Assembly: GCF_964213995.1 (NCBI RefSeq)
Contig: NC_135801.1
Location: forward strand, 71,982,001-72,046,000
Direction of reading: 5' to 3'
DNA length: 64,000 nucleotides
Source of the DNA: Mustelus asterias
Taxonomy: Eukaryota
Part shown: piece by piece, positions 1 through 13,156 of the stretch
How positions within the stretch are numbered: position 1 is the stretch's first letter
Layout of the letters: every line of letters starts with the position of its first letter
Made by a program: the position numbers and the translations under genes
Notes under the pieces: model-generated
The model's database searches: none
Told to the model about the DNA's origin: nothing
Seen by the model: only the letters and a program-made list of their open reading frames with translations

Positions 1-254
1 AAATACCTCATCATATCAATAGGAGGAGCAATTCTAATGCATATAAGGAAGACTGGATTGCATTTCTTCCTGCTCAGATTTAAAATGAAAGATAAGCCGT
101 TAACTGCATTTTACTTTATACTTTCCTTGCACTTACTCGGGTAACTGTAAATGTTAGCAATAGACAGATCATTACTGATTATATCAGAACATGGTCTACT
201 TCAAACTGACAATAAATATAAGTTTGAACTGTCTGAATCTCAAGCTATCCGCAG

Positions 255-1198
255 GATTGAAAATAAAACAGAAAAGCGTTTGAAATACGCAGGAGGGCAG
301 GCAGCATCCATGGAGATAGAAACAGAGTTAATGTTTCAAGTTGAATATGTCTTTCCTTCAGAATTGAAGGATAGGTTTTATGCTGTTGAAAGGGATGAGG
401 GGAGGAAAGATAAAAGGGAATGTCTGGGTTAGGTTAGAGAGTGGAAGGGATTAAGTGACAAAGATGTCATTGAGTAAAAGACAAAGGGAGTGGTAACAGC
501 GGTGATAAAGAAATAAAGGGTGGGATTTTCTGGCCATGTTCGCCACAGGGTCCGAAAATCCCGCCTGAGGTCAACAGATCAGCGTCCCACCCACTACGAT
601 TCCTGTGGTGGGCGAGATGGGAAAATTCCGCTCAAAGAGTGGGGTTTTCTGGCCACACGCATCCCAAGACTGGAAATTCCCACCTGAAGTCCTGAATGGT
701 ATACTGAAATTTCTGTCTCGCCTGTTAATTCCCACGGTGGGCAGGACCAGAAAGCCTTGCCCAAACTATTTGTTCAGACTTGGTTACTGAGACTTGGACT
801 GAGAATGGCAGAATAGTCAGTCCAAGAGCAAAAACATGTAAAACAGAACTAAGAGCAGCGCAGAGTGAAAAACCAGAATGATAATGGCGAATAAAGTTCA
901 GGCTCTGAAATTGTTGAACTCAATGTAGAATCTGGAAAACATTACTGGAAGATGGGGTGCCATTCCTCAAGCTTGTATTGAGCTTGGCAGAGGACAGAAA
1001 TGTGAGCATGGGAGCAAGGTGGTGAGTTAAAATGGCAAGTTACTGGAAGCTCAGGGTCATGCTTGCAGCCTGAACTGAGGTGTTCCAAAAAGCAGTCACC
1101 CAATCTGAGTTTGGTCGCCCCAATGTAGAGGAGACTGCAGCCAATACAGGAAACTAAATTGAAAACAGTACAAGTAAATCGCTGCATCACCTGGAAGG
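255..1198 (-). mobile_element. Old Penelope-like element, 3' part (GIY-YIG C-terminus plus terminal repeat); continues at 1804-1860
   Basis: ORF 942..1217 reads QRFTCTVFNLVSCIGCSLLYIGATKLRLGDCFLEHL (GIY-YIG); terminal-repeat-like segment at 260-370; split by a younger PLE and by MITEs. Confidence 0.75.
518..762. mobile_element. Two tandem ~120-bp MITEs (PIF/Harbinger-type)
   Basis: Imperfect TIRs GGGTGGGATTTTC..GAAAATTCCGCTC (518-633) and a second copy at 637-762; AAA at 515-517, 634-636 and 763-765 fits 3-bp TSDs. Confidence 0.7.
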
Positions 1199-1803
1199 GG
1201 ACAGTAAGAAGTCTCACAACACCAAGTTAAAATCCAACAGGTTTATTTGGAATCACAAGCTTTCGGAGTGCTGCTCCTTCACCAGGTGAGTTGAGGTGGG
1301 TTCACAAACACGGCATATATAGGCAAAGACACAATTGCAAGATAATTACAGATTGGAATGTGAAGAATGATTGGAATGTGAATCTTTACAGGTAATCAAG
1401 TCTTTACAGGTGCAAACAGTTTGCGTGAAGAGAGGGATAATCACAGATCAAAGCGGCATGAATTGTCTCAAGCTAGGACAGTTAGTGGGATTTTGCAAAC
1501 CCAGGCAATATGGTGGGGGTGACAAGTGGCGTGATATGAACTCAAGATCCCGGTTGAAGCCATCCTCATGGGTGCGAAACTTGGCTATCAGTTTCTGTTT
1601 GGCGATTCTGCGTTGTTGTGTGTCTTGAAGGCTGCCTTGAAGAACGTTTACCCGAAGATCCAAGGCTGAATGCCCTTGACTGCTGAAATGCTTCCCGACT
1701 GGAAGGGAACACTCCTGCTTGGTGATTGTTGCGCGGTGTACGTTCATCTGCTTTCGCAACCTCTGCATGGTCTCACCGATGTACCACGCCTCGGGACATC
1801 CTT
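1199..1803 (-). mobile_element. Young Penelope-like element, 5'-truncated (GIY-YIG C-terminus plus pLTR)
   Basis: ORF 1448..1768 follows a YIGET motif and matches copies at 16268 and 20653; 10-bp TSD ACCTGGAAGG at 1189-1198 and 1804-1813. Confidence 0.9.
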
Positions 1804-2636
1804 ACCTGGAAGGAGTATTTGGGGCCTTGGACAGTGAGGAGGGAGGAGGCAGCTTCCCAAGGTACCTTTGCATGCAATCACAGGAGTTTTAACACCTACC
1901 TACTCTCTTTGATATACTTTGATATTTATTTTATACTTTGATATTTATTCAGTTAAAGATGTTGTGTAATGTAAAACTGAAATGTATTCAGTCCATTCAC
2001 TGGCATTTTTACAAATATAATAATCGACTTAATATTGAACTTGGCATGCTTTGTGCTGAATTTCTCTTTAACTGACTCACAGGGGACAGATCAGTCACTA
2101 AGTGCTGGGAACCCAGAATTTGGGATGTTATGTTGATATGTCCAGGGGCACTGGTCAGTGAAGGTCAAAAGGACAGATAAGCCTTTGCTGGAATCAGGGT
2201 GGTTCATTAGATGGGTGGTGATGAGGGGGAGGTGTTGATTATGGAGTGAGCAGCAGTGAAGGAGCGGGTTGACCATGGAGGAGGAGTGAGGAGTGAAGAG
2301 TGAAGAAGGTGGAGTGCGGTTTGGGTGGGCTGCTGATCTTTGGCTGGGTGGGAATTCTGGAGCCTGATGGAATCAGAGGTCAAGGAGAGGATGGGGAGAA
2401 ATCAGATGTCTGAACGAGTGGTCAGAGGCCTGAGAGGGTGGTTGTTGGAGGTCTGATTGGGGGCATGTCGTGAACCTTATGGTGGGATGTGGTTGGGAGA
2501 ATCTGGGGCTGTAGAGAGGGAGCGGGGAATTGGAGGGGTGAGGGGATCAGAAACTGATAGAAACTGACTGCATCAGGGAACTGGAGCAGCGCTTGATGAC
2601 CTTAGTCTAGTCAGGGAGAATGAGAGACAAATAGAC

Positions 2637-3470
2637 ATGAGTTATAGGCAAGTAGTTACACCGGGGCCTCAGGGGGAAGACACGTGGGTCACAGTTAGGA
2701 GGAGTAAAGGTCATAAGGGTAACGTACCAGAGAGTATTCCAGTGGCTGTCTCTCATAATAGGAAGGGCTCAGCGACAAGTGTGAGAAGGGAGGGGAGTGA
2801 GCAATTAATGGAGGGGTCACCTGTGGTTGTCCCACTCCAAAACAAGTATATTGTTTTGGATAGTGTGGAGGAGGATGACTCTCCAAGGATAAGCCACAGT
2901 GATCAGGTCACTGGCACACAATCAGGCTCTGTGGCCTGGAAAGGAAAGAGAGAGGTTAGGAGAGCAATAGTGGTGGGGGACGTGTCGGTTAGAGGCACGG
3001 ACAGGCAATTCTGTGGGTGCGAACAGGACTCCAGGATGGTAGTCTGCCTACCTGGTGCTGGGGTACTGGATGTCTCCGAGCGGATAGGAAGCATATTAAA
3101 AGGGGAGGATAAAGAAACGGATGTCATTGTACACATTGGTGCAAATGACGTAGATAGGAAGAGCAGGGGGATCATACGAGAGCAATTCAGGGAGTTGGGA
3201 AATAGGCTAAAAAGTAGGGCCTCCGGGGTGGCAATCTCTGGGCTGCTCCCAATGCCTAGGGCCAGTGAGGCTAGGAATAGGGAGATAGTACAATTGAACG
3301 CTTGGCTAAAGGACTGATCCAGGAGGGAGGGTTTCATATTCCTGGATCACTGGGACGTTTTCAAGAGAGGAGGGCACCTGTACAAGAAGGACGGGTCACA
3401 ACTAAATTGGAAGGGCACAAATATCCTGGCTGGGAGTTTTGCTAGTGCAGTTCGGGTGGGTGTAATCTAA
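2637..3470 (+). pseudogene. CR1 ORF1, SGNH esterase domain (internal stop at 3315-3317)
   Basis: Motifs IVVGDVSVRG, VVCLPGA, VHIGAND, SGLLP typical of CR1 ORF1 esterase. Confidence 0.85.
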
Positions 3471-3499
3471 TATGGCAGGGGGGTGGGGATCAAAAAATT

Positions 3500-6365
3500 A
3501 TGCCTACAAGTGTAGAGGCTGGGGACGAGCTTGGGGCCAGGACAAGGCTGGCAAAGAAGAAGAGCACTCTGGGGGAGGATGACCTCACTGAGCCTGGAGG
3601 TCTGGAGTGCATCTACTTCAATGCAAGGAGCGTAGCAGGTAAGACAAAAGAACTTAGGGCCTTAATGCATACGAGGAATTTGGATGTGGTTGCGGTGGCA
3701 GAGACTTGGTTGAAAGAGGGACAGGACTGGCAACTGAATATTCTGGGGTACAAGTGTTTTAGGCGAGACAGAGGAGGGGCCAAAAGAGGTGGGGGAGTAG
3801 CAGTATTAGTTGGAGAGCATATTACAGCGGTGCAGAGGGAGGACAATTAAGAGGGGTCGTGTAACGAGTCACTGTGGGTGGAGCTCAGAAACAGGAAGGG
3901 CGCAGTCACTACGTTGGGGGTATACTACAGGTCCCCCAACAGCCCAAGGGAAGTGGAAGAACGGATATGTCAGGAGATAATGGATAGGTGCAGGAAAAAT
4001 AGGGTTGTTGTAGTGGAAGACTTCAATTTCCCTGGTATAGACTGGAAATCGCGTGGGGCTGGGAGTCTGAATGGGAAGGCATTTGTAAAATGCGTACAGG
4101 AAGGTTCTTTGGAACAATATGTAGATAGCCCGACTAGAGAGGGGGCTATACTGGACCTAATACTGGGGAATGAGCCCGGTCAGGTCTTCAAAGTTTCGGT
4201 AGGGGAACATGTGGCAAATAGTGACCACAATTCTGTTAGCTTTAGGATAGTGATGGAAAAGGATGAGTGGTGTCCCAAGGGTAAAGTGTTGGATTGGGGG
4301 AAGGCTAACTTGAGTGGGATTAGGCAGAAATTGGCAGCTGTTGATTGGGAGAGGCTCTTTGAGGGTAAATCCACATCTGGCATGTGGGAGTCTTTTAAGG
4401 AACAGTTGTTAGAGCTGCAGGATAGGCATGTGCCTGTAAAAAAGAAGGATAGGAAGGGTAGGATTCGAGAACCGTGGATAACCAGGGAAATTGAGGGATT
4501 GGTCAAAAAGAAAAGAGTGGCATATGTTAGGTCCAGGCAGTGAAAAACGGAGGGAGCTCTGGAGGAATACAAAGAAAGTAGGAAAGAACTCAAATGAGGA
4601 ATTAGAAGGGCAAAAAGGGGTCACGAAATGTCCTTGGCAGACAGGATTAAGGAGAATCCCAAGGCATTTTATTCATACGTTAGGAACAAAAGGGTTGTCA
4701 GGGAAAAAATCAGACCTCTCAGGGACAAAAGTGGGGAATTATGCTTAGAGCCCAAAGAAGTAGGGGAGATCCTAAATGAATACTTTGCGTTGGTATTCAC
4801 AAAGGAGAGGGATGTGTTGACTGGGAGTGTCTCGGAGGGGAGTGTTGACCCGTTAGAGAAAATCTCCATTACAAGGGAGGAAGTGTTAGGTTTTTTAGGG
4901 AATACAAAGACTGACAAATCCCCAGGGCCTGATGGAATCTATCCAAGGCTGCTCAGGGAGACGAGAGATGAAATCGCTGGGCCTCTGACGCAAATCTTTG
5001 TCTCGTCACTGGACACAGGTGAGGTCCCAGAGGATTGGAGGATAGCTAATGTGGTCCCGTTATTTAAGAAGGGTAGGAAGGATAACCCGGGAAATTATAG
5101 ACCGGTGAGCTTGATGTCCATGGTAGGGAAGTTGTTGAAGAGGATTCTTAGAGATAGGATGTATGCGCATTGAGAAAGGAATAAACTCATTAACGATAGT
5201 CAGCATGGTTTTGTGAGAGGGAGGTCATGCCTCACTAACCTGGTGGAGTTTTTTGAAGAAGTGACTAGAATGGTTGACGAGGGAAGGGCCGTGGATGTCG
5301 TCTATATGGACTTTAGTAAAGCATTTGACAAAGTCCCTCATGGTAGGTTGGATCTCATGGGATAAAGGGGGAGGTGGCTAGATGGGTGGAGAGCTGGCTT
5401 GGTCACAGAAGACAGAGGCTGGTGGTGGAAGGGTCTTTTTCCGGCTGGATGCCTGTGACTAGTGGTGTTCCGCAGGGCTCTGTATTGGGACCTCTGCTGT
5501 TTGTGATTTATACAAACAATCTGGAAGAAGGTGTAACTGGGGTGATCAGTAAGTTTGCGGACGACACGAAAATGGCTGGACTTGCAGATAGTGAGGAACA
5601 TTGTCAGAGGCTACAGAAGGATATAGATAGGCTGGACATTTGGGCAAAGAAATGGCAGATGGAGTTCAATCCAGATAAATGCGAAGTGATGCATTTTGGT
5701 AGAACTAACGTAGGGGGGAGCTATACGATAAATGGCAGAACCATAAAGGGTGTGGATACGCAGAGGGACCTAGGTGTGCAAGTCCACAGATCCTTGAAGG
5801 TGACGTCACAGGTGGAGAATGTAGTGAATAAGGCATATGGCATGCTTGCCTTTATAGGACGAGGCATAGAGTATAAAAGTTGGGGTCTGATGTTGCAGTT
5901 GTATAGAACGTTGGTTCGGCTGCATTTGGAATACTGCGCCCAGTTCTGGTCGCCACTGTTCTGGAGGCTTTAGAGAGAGTGCAGAGGAGGTTTACCAGAA
6001 TGTTGCCTGGTATGGAAGGGCTTGGTTATGAGGAGAGATTGGGTAAACTGGGGTTGTTCTCACTGGAAAGATGGAGGATGAGGGGTGACCTAATAGAGGT
6101 GTATAAAATTATGAAAGGCATAGATAGGGTGAACGGTGGGAAGCTTTTTCCCAGGTCGGTGGTGACGTTCACGAGGGGTCATAGGTTCAAGTTGAGGAGG
6201 TTTAACACGGATATCAGAAGGACGTATTTTACACAGAGGGTGGTGGGGGCCTGGAATGCGCTGCCGGGCAAGGTGGAGGAGGCGGACACACTGGGAACAT
6301 TTAAGACTTATCTAGATAGCCACATGGACGGAGTGGGAATGGAGGGATACAAAAGAATGGTCTAG
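3500..6365 (+). pseudogene. CR1 ORF2, APE endonuclease plus reverse transcriptase, broken by stops and frameshifts
   Basis: YFNARS, VAETWL, DFNFP, SDHNSV (APE); KSPGPDG, NYRPVSL, GVPQGSVLGP, KFADDTK (RT) across ORFs 3500, 3878, 4628, 5374 and 5979. Confidence 0.95.
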
Positions 6366-6994
6366 TTTGGACCAGGGAGTGACGTGGGCTTGGAGGGCCG
6401 AAGGGCCTGTTCCTGTGCTGTATTGTTTTTTGTTCTTTGTTCTTTAATGGTGGGTAATCAGAGGCCTGATGGTGGTGTGGGTGTCCTAAGCCTAGTGGCA
6501 GGATTAGAGACCATAGGGGTGGAGAGAGGGGTGGTGGGAAGTCATAGTAGACTTGCCCCGTTGCTGAGACTCTTCAGGGAGGTAAGTGAATCCTGGAGGC
6601 AAGTGTGAAGGCACTTACTTCCTGAAACTGCCAAATCCTCTCCTCAATGGAGTTGCTGGCTTTCCCAATGCTTCCGAAACCTGACTGGCTTGAGTTAAAG
6701 TTGAAAGATGTTTGACAAGAAGGCTTGTGGCTTTGTTATCATATTTAAAGTTCCCAGCTTCCTATTTTGAGCAGATTTCTCACACATCAACCAGCCACCC
6801 AATTGAAACCTGACTGTTAAATGTCCTCCTTCCAAGTTAGTTAACATATAAACAACCTAAAAACAGGTAGGATTATAGATAGGTCTTTGATATAAGGGGC
6901 ATGGTTTTCTGAATTGTGTCTCTCAGTCTGGCAATGATCTTTAATTCAACATCTCCGGCACTTAGCTGCCCTGCAATGAGAATAGAATAAAGTA

Positions 6995-7368
6995 GAACTC
7001 ATAGAACTCATAAAATCCCTACAGTGCAGTGGGAGGCCATTTGGCCCATCGAATCTGCACCGACTCTCTGACAGAGCATCTTAACCAGGCCCAACCCCTG
7101 CCCTATCCCCCTAACGCCCCTGACCCCACATATATACCCCAATAAACCCCTTAACCTGCAAATCTTTGGATACTAAGGGACAATTTAGCAAGGCCAATCC
7201 ACCTAACCTGCAGATCTTTGGACTGTGGTAGGAAACCGGAACACCCGAAGGAAATCCACGCAGACACGGGGAGAACTTGCAAACTCCGCAGTCACCGAAG
7301 GTTGGAATTGAACCCGGGTCCCTGGCGCTGTGAGGCAACAGTGCCAACCACTGTGCCACTGTGCCACC
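6995..7368 (-). mobile_element. HE1-type V-SINE (tRNA head, CR1-like tail)
   Basis: Reverse strand shows A/B boxes TGGCACAGTGG and GGTTCAATTCC, the V-domain and a TTCTATGA tail. Confidence 0.9.
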
Positions 7369-7599
7369 CTAGCAGTAAATGCACTGAAGATATCACACTC
7401 ATCTAAATAGAAAGTGCAGGTTCCAGTATTGATCTGTGTCTGGGCCTTACAATTGTCCTTAACACTTCTGGGCTAGGAAAGAAAGAGATTGAGTTAAGCT
7501 GACCATCATCCAATGGTCACTGACTATACCAGGCTGAGCTTCAATGTTCCTCATGCATGAACAGCTGTCATTCTCACTGTTCAGCTGTTCAGCACTTCA

Positions 7600-7940
7600 G
7601 GGGCGGCACAGTAGCACAGTGGTTAGCACTGCTGCTTCACAGCTCCAGGGACCTGGGTTCAATTCCCGGCTTGGGTCACTGTCTGTGTGGAGTTTGCACA
7701 TTCTCCTCATGGCTGCGTGGGTTTCCTCCGGGTGCTCCGGTTTCCTCCCACAGTCCAAAGATGTGCGGGTTAGGTTGATTGGCCATGCTAAAATTGCCCC
7801 TTAGTGTCCTGAGATGTGTAGGTTAGAGGGATTAGCGAGTAAATGTGTAGGGATAAGGGGGTAGGGCCTGGGGTGGGATTGTGGTCGGTGCAGACTCGAT
7901 GGGCCAAATGGCCTCTTTTTGCACTGTAGGGCTTCTATGA
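7600..7940 (+). mobile_element. HE1-type V-SINE
   Basis: GGCGGCACAGTAGCACAGTGGTTAGCACTGCTG head, V-domain, GCACTGTAGGGCTTCTATGA tail. Confidence 0.92.
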
Positions 7941-8439
7941 TACACTTTTGACTCCCCCTGTAACCAATTGGAAAATTAACAAATAAACAGATCAAGCAAA
8001 CATGATAGCCCGTAATCTCGATTCACAGTCTTTTGAGTGTATCAAATAAACATAAGGTCAAATTAACAAACATAATCTAATGTAATTTCAAGTACTAGAC
8101 TCGAAGAGGCTCTGTAACTGAAGGAAAATAGTCAAAAGAATTTTACCGAATCAAATTAGAAATGTTATTTGGGGGGCCAGTGAAGCACTCCAGCCCCTGT
8201 GGTATCTACTGGTCATGGAAGGGTTCCCTATTTATACTCTTTTTATTAGAACAAAAAATATCAATAAATTAAATGAAGGTGGTGGGGTGGGGGGATGCGG
8301 GGGTGGTGGGGGAGTGTTGGTGACAGACCTAGATGGGGCACTATCATCGAAACAAAGCATCAAAAAGGAACCTTAACTAACGAAACCAAAATGTCATTCC
8401 CAGGGGTGATGATGTACCCCAGCCCCCACGGCCCGGTTC

Positions 8440-8617
8440 CTAGAATCCTAGAATCCCTACAGTGCAGAAAGAGACCATTCGGCCCATTGAGTCTGCACTG
8501 ACCGCAATCCCACTCAGGCCCTATTCCCGTAACCCTGCATATTTACCCTGCTAATCTCCCCTGACACTAGGGTCAATTTACCATGGCCAATCAACCTAAC
8601 CTGCACATCTTTGGACT
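8440..8617 (-). mobile_element. HE1-type SINE, 3' half
   Basis: Matches the 3' half of the other copies. Confidence 0.85.
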
Positions 8618-10429
8618 TGTTGGCAATGTCCCCTGGCACGGTTCAGGCTTCTGGTTGCAGAAGGCCTGAAGTGTGCCAGTGGACATTGCGTGCTCTCACT
8701 CCAAGGCCACCCAACCACAAATGTAGCCATGGTAGAGGGGCAGACAGTCGGATCGGACAACCTGTTCAGGTTTATATGTGAACACTGATACTTGACTCCC
8801 TGCACCAATGGAATAGTTCCCTGGCAACCGTTAATAGCCTCAGAAAGAAAGGAGAGAAAATTGCTTTCCTCAGTTGAACTGTCAGATAGAACACTAGGTG
8901 GAAGCACGATACCAGGTCAATGGTAAAGCCAGGAGCTATTGGTGATCCTGTACAACAGAGCTCACCTTGAAGTTAAGGCAGGCGACTGCGTAGACAGTTC
9001 AAGTTAGAGAAAATCAATCAAGTTTATGAGTTTCATTATTTGAAGAAAGCTTAAAGGAGAAATTAAATTGAATATTTGATCAGCTTTTTGAAATTCTCTT
9101 TTATGTTTTATAAGCACATTCATTTGACCAATCCTGAATTTTATCCTAATTTTAACCCTTTCCATATCTAGAGGAATTTTGAAACTGAACATATTGTTGT
9201 CTAATTTAGTTTGAAACCAGATTCTGGATCTTTTAATGCTGACAGCAAAATAAACCGGTGGCCCAAAAACATTTTTCCATTGTCTAATTTGCTGATAATT
9301 TCAATGTGATCCCAATTTTAGCCTAACTTTTCAGAGCTTTTGCCTAAATAGGGAAAAATGATTTCGAATGATCACATAGCAAGAGTTCAAACCTAGGAAT
9401 AAAAAATTGTATCGTTAGGCCATAGCCTGACCGAAAAAAATCAATCATAAATTGATATTAAGGAGGGGCGGGACAGGGGTGAGGGTGGAATGTGAAGCAC
9501 TGGCACAATGGATTCTATAATTATAGTGATCTAATTAGCTGAGCAACCCAAATTCCTTTGCATCAATCAGCAATAAAAATCAATCATGCTATCCTACCGT
9601 TCGTACTGACTTACCTACAACTGCATACGAGATGTGTTATTATTTTCCCAGCCAGTATTTTTAACTTCATCGATCGGATATGTTACTGGAGTTTTCTGTC
9701 GTGTATACGTACACACATATGGTACTAGTGTAGCCACAGAAAGTTAAGTAGAATGAAAAGCCTTCTTGGGAACCAGTTAATTATCGGTTTTGTAAGGTTT
9801 TGCACAGTTGTAAGGATTTCATGCTGAGAAACAGCACATCCTTGCAAAGAGAATAAATGATGGCTGCTTTCACTGTCCAGTTGGAACATTCTGATGAATG
9901 TTTCAGCTGCTTGTCACAAATGTGGCTATCTGCAAACAGTGTGAGAGGCACAGATAAATGTGTCTTCTATTCCAATGAACAATAGGTCCCTTCACAGTTG
10001 TGAACATTCTCATCCAAAGGAGAACCTGTGTTGGGTGCCATGAACGAGTTTCTGATCCATTCAACTTAGAGAGGAGATGTAGTTATAAACATGGGGAATG
10101 TAGATCGTCATTTTTAATAATTGTAACATTTGTCACACATTTTAAAGTACTGTACACTCTTTTATGTGTAGGGGCGGTGTGGGGGATAGGGAGGAGGGGG
10201 AGAGATGTATGGAATTTGCCTTGTGCACAATACATCCAGTGAGTTGGTGGAGTGATTACGCTGCATGCTGGCCTGTGCCAGCCGGACACATTCTGCAGCA
10301 GACCTCATCTGAATGGAATTGGCAAGCTCCAGGTGCCAAATGGGTTCCTGATGCAGCTGGCCAGATTGGGGCCTGAGGACTTCCGTTAACTCTGACACCA
10401 GGCTGACCTGAGGATACAAATAGGCAGAA

Positions 10430-10707
10430 CTTAAAGTTTAAAGTTTATTCATTAGTGTCACAAGCAGGCTTCCATCAACTCTACAATGAAGTTACTGTGA
10501 AAACCCCCTAGTCGCCACACTCTGCCGCCTATTCGGGTACACTGAGGCCAATACACCTAACCAGCACGTCTTTCAGACTATGGGAGGAAACCCACGCAGA
10601 CACGGGGAGAATGTGCAGATTCCACACAGACAGTGATCCAAGCCGGGAATCAAACTCGTGTCCCTGGCACTGTGAGGCAGCAGTGCTAACTACTGTGCCA
10701 CCGTGCC
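10430..10707 (-). mobile_element. V-SINE, alternative-tail subfamily
   Basis: HE1-like head and V-domain, but the tail is of the GTGGCGACTAGGGG..CACAGTAACTTCATTG..CTTGTGACACTAAT type. Confidence 0.85.
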
Positions 10708-12047
10708 TTGTACTCCTGCAGCTGATATAGGACCAGAGTTTGCATTGCACAGCAGCCTATTTCAAATGGGTGGGCTGGTTATACATTTACATAAATGTTT
10801 TACATACATTTTCATCATGGAATCTAGCATCAGGCAAGATTTGGGTGTCTGAGAGGCAGCTATGGTAACCGCAACTCTCCCATTCTATTTTCACCTTCTA
10901 AAGGGCAAAGGAATGAGCAAGAAGTGGTGACCTAGCCAATAATACTCCTGAAGCAAGTCTGTTCGCTGCTGTGACTTAGAATCCTATGAGGATTCAATGA
11001 TGCAATGCTCAGAGGTGTAACAGACTTAAATACTTGTATGATTGTATAATATGGGGAGGTAATTTTTATCTAACCCACTTAGTGGAAATCTGGTGGGGTC
11101 AGATTGATGATCTATTCATCTTACACCCCACCCAATTTGGCTTCCATATGAACTATATACAAAATCAGGCAGTGTATGAAATAGGTGGCCTATCAGATCC
11201 GGTAATGTTCCCACAAGTCAGAATTACTCCCTGGGCAGAATTTTCTGTTCTGAAGATGGGAAAGCTGACATGGCTCCTGCTAGCCGGTGGGAAAGGTTGC
11301 AGTACCAAGTCATCCACTATTTAGCTCATTATGTATGCATAAATGAGCGGCTCGTCTCTTGTGGCAGGGTGGGCTGAGATTCATCCGGCCTGCCGCTACC
11401 TCATCGACGAAGGGCCGTACGCCATTTTTAAATGGCACCCGTACACACACCAAAGCTCTGTGCATAGCATCCTTAATCCTTATACTCAGCACATACAACA
11501 GGCATCATCTGCTTTTGTAACCATCCTGCTCGCAGTCTGTCCATCTGTCTTTTTTACAGGGCAAGATTGCAAAGAAAAAGAGGGAGAGATCCAAGACTGA
11601 AGTGGGGGTGATGCCAATGCTCAGGCTATGCACCCCCTTTGAACAGCAGGTGGCAGAGCTGGCTAGAGAGTATCGGTATTGTTCTTAAACCGAAGGTAAG
11701 ATCGGCGTCTCCCAACAAGCCAGTGAGGGTCCATTGAATAGTTTTTACACACCCACTGACACTGTGGGCACCCACCTAGGTCATCTCAGACAGCAGGGTG
11801 TGGTTGTCAGCAGGTTGCTCCACCTCTGCTGTGGATGCCAGGGATGCAGGGTGGTAGTTGCAGGGTTAGGAAAATTAAGACATTTTGAGATGCAATGGTG
11901 GCATGGGTGTACACTCACTATAGATCTTGCACATCTGCAAATCTATTTTGTTTTTCTGAAAGTCTCATTTAGTGAATGGCTCTTCAATCTGATGCAATGC
12001 TCAGAGGTGTAACAGATGCCCCCTGCTTCACTTATCTTCTATCATGT

Positions 12048-12377
12048 GGGCGGCACGGTGGCACAGTGATTAGCACTGCTGCCTCACAGCGCTAAGGACC
12101 CAGGTTCAATTCTGGCCTTGGGTCACTGTCTGTGTGGAGTTTGCACATTCTCCCCGTGTCTATGTGGGTTTCCTCCGGGTACTCCGGTTTCCTCCAACAC
12201 TCCAAAGATGTGCGACTTAGGGGGATTGGCCATGATAAATTTCTCCTTAGCGTCAGGGGGATTAACAGGGTAAATACATGGGGTTACAGGGATAGGGCCT
12301 GGGTGGGATTGCTACTGATGCAGACTCAATGTCACGAATGGCCTCCTTCTGCACTGTCGAGTTTCTATGATTCTATG
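12048..12377 (+). mobile_element. HE1-type V-SINE
   Basis: Full head, V-domain and TTCTATGATTCTATG tail. Confidence 0.9.
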
Positions 12378-13156
12378 TCCCTCAGGTCTATGGAGTTTCC
12401 CTCAATTTCAGTTCAGTAAGTTGTCTTTATGTCTGCAGAAGTGGCATGAACAAAGCCAGTTGCTCTATTAACATGGTGGTTGGGCAATTCATATGTAAGA
12501 CTTGCATCAGTTGATCATATCATATGACATCATAAGTATAGATGTTACCGTTCTGTTCATATCCTGATGCTGCTGAACTGAGTTCTGTTCTTTGTGGATG
12601 TTACAGCTTTTAATGGTAACTGAATTTGGAATCATTCCAACCAGGTGCATTTTTCACTGGCCCCCATACAATATCTGTCCGGTGTGGGTTACAGTTTAAG
12701 TAATATTCTTAGCCATTTATGCCTAAAAATTACTCATTTAAATTTTCCACTTTATACCTGTGTGATGCAGAGCTATGGACCTAACGAGCACTTGGTGACT
12801 CCTGAAATGTCTATTGGAAGACAACTATGTAATGTTATAGTTCTGTGTCTAGTCTCATGATGCTGGCCTATTGCATATGCTGATCTGAATCCCTGTGTTA
12901 ACTCTTAGAACATGGTTATCTAATTGAGATACTCCCATCAGTGTCCTCGGTGTCCACTTGTATATCTTAATCTGCCAGAATGAAAATGTGGAGGCCTCTA
13001 GCGGGATGAGAGCGATGCCCCACTGCATCTGCTGTGTGCATTTTATTATCAATAAATGCAGTGTCAAGGTTGACTGGGTCACCTCACTCCAGGTGCCATA
13101 GCAATGCTGGACATGAACTTGAGAAGTTCCAGACAAAGGCTGGGTCACAAGTATAG

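Larger units (their letters stand above)
2555..6445 (+). mobile_element. CR1-clade LINE, near full length, decayed
   Basis: Esterase ORF1, APE endonuclease and RT fragments, (TGTTCTT)n-type 3' tail at ~6420-6445. Confidence 0.95.

Noticed and set aside
7600-7680. tRNA genes at SINE heads
   Set aside because: The A/B boxes run into SINE bodies, and I see no complete cloverleaf.
7557-7778. Recurrent ORFs such as MAQWLALLPHSARDPGSIP and MDCGRKPEHP as a protein family
   Set aside because: They are translations of HE1 SINE copies on either strand.
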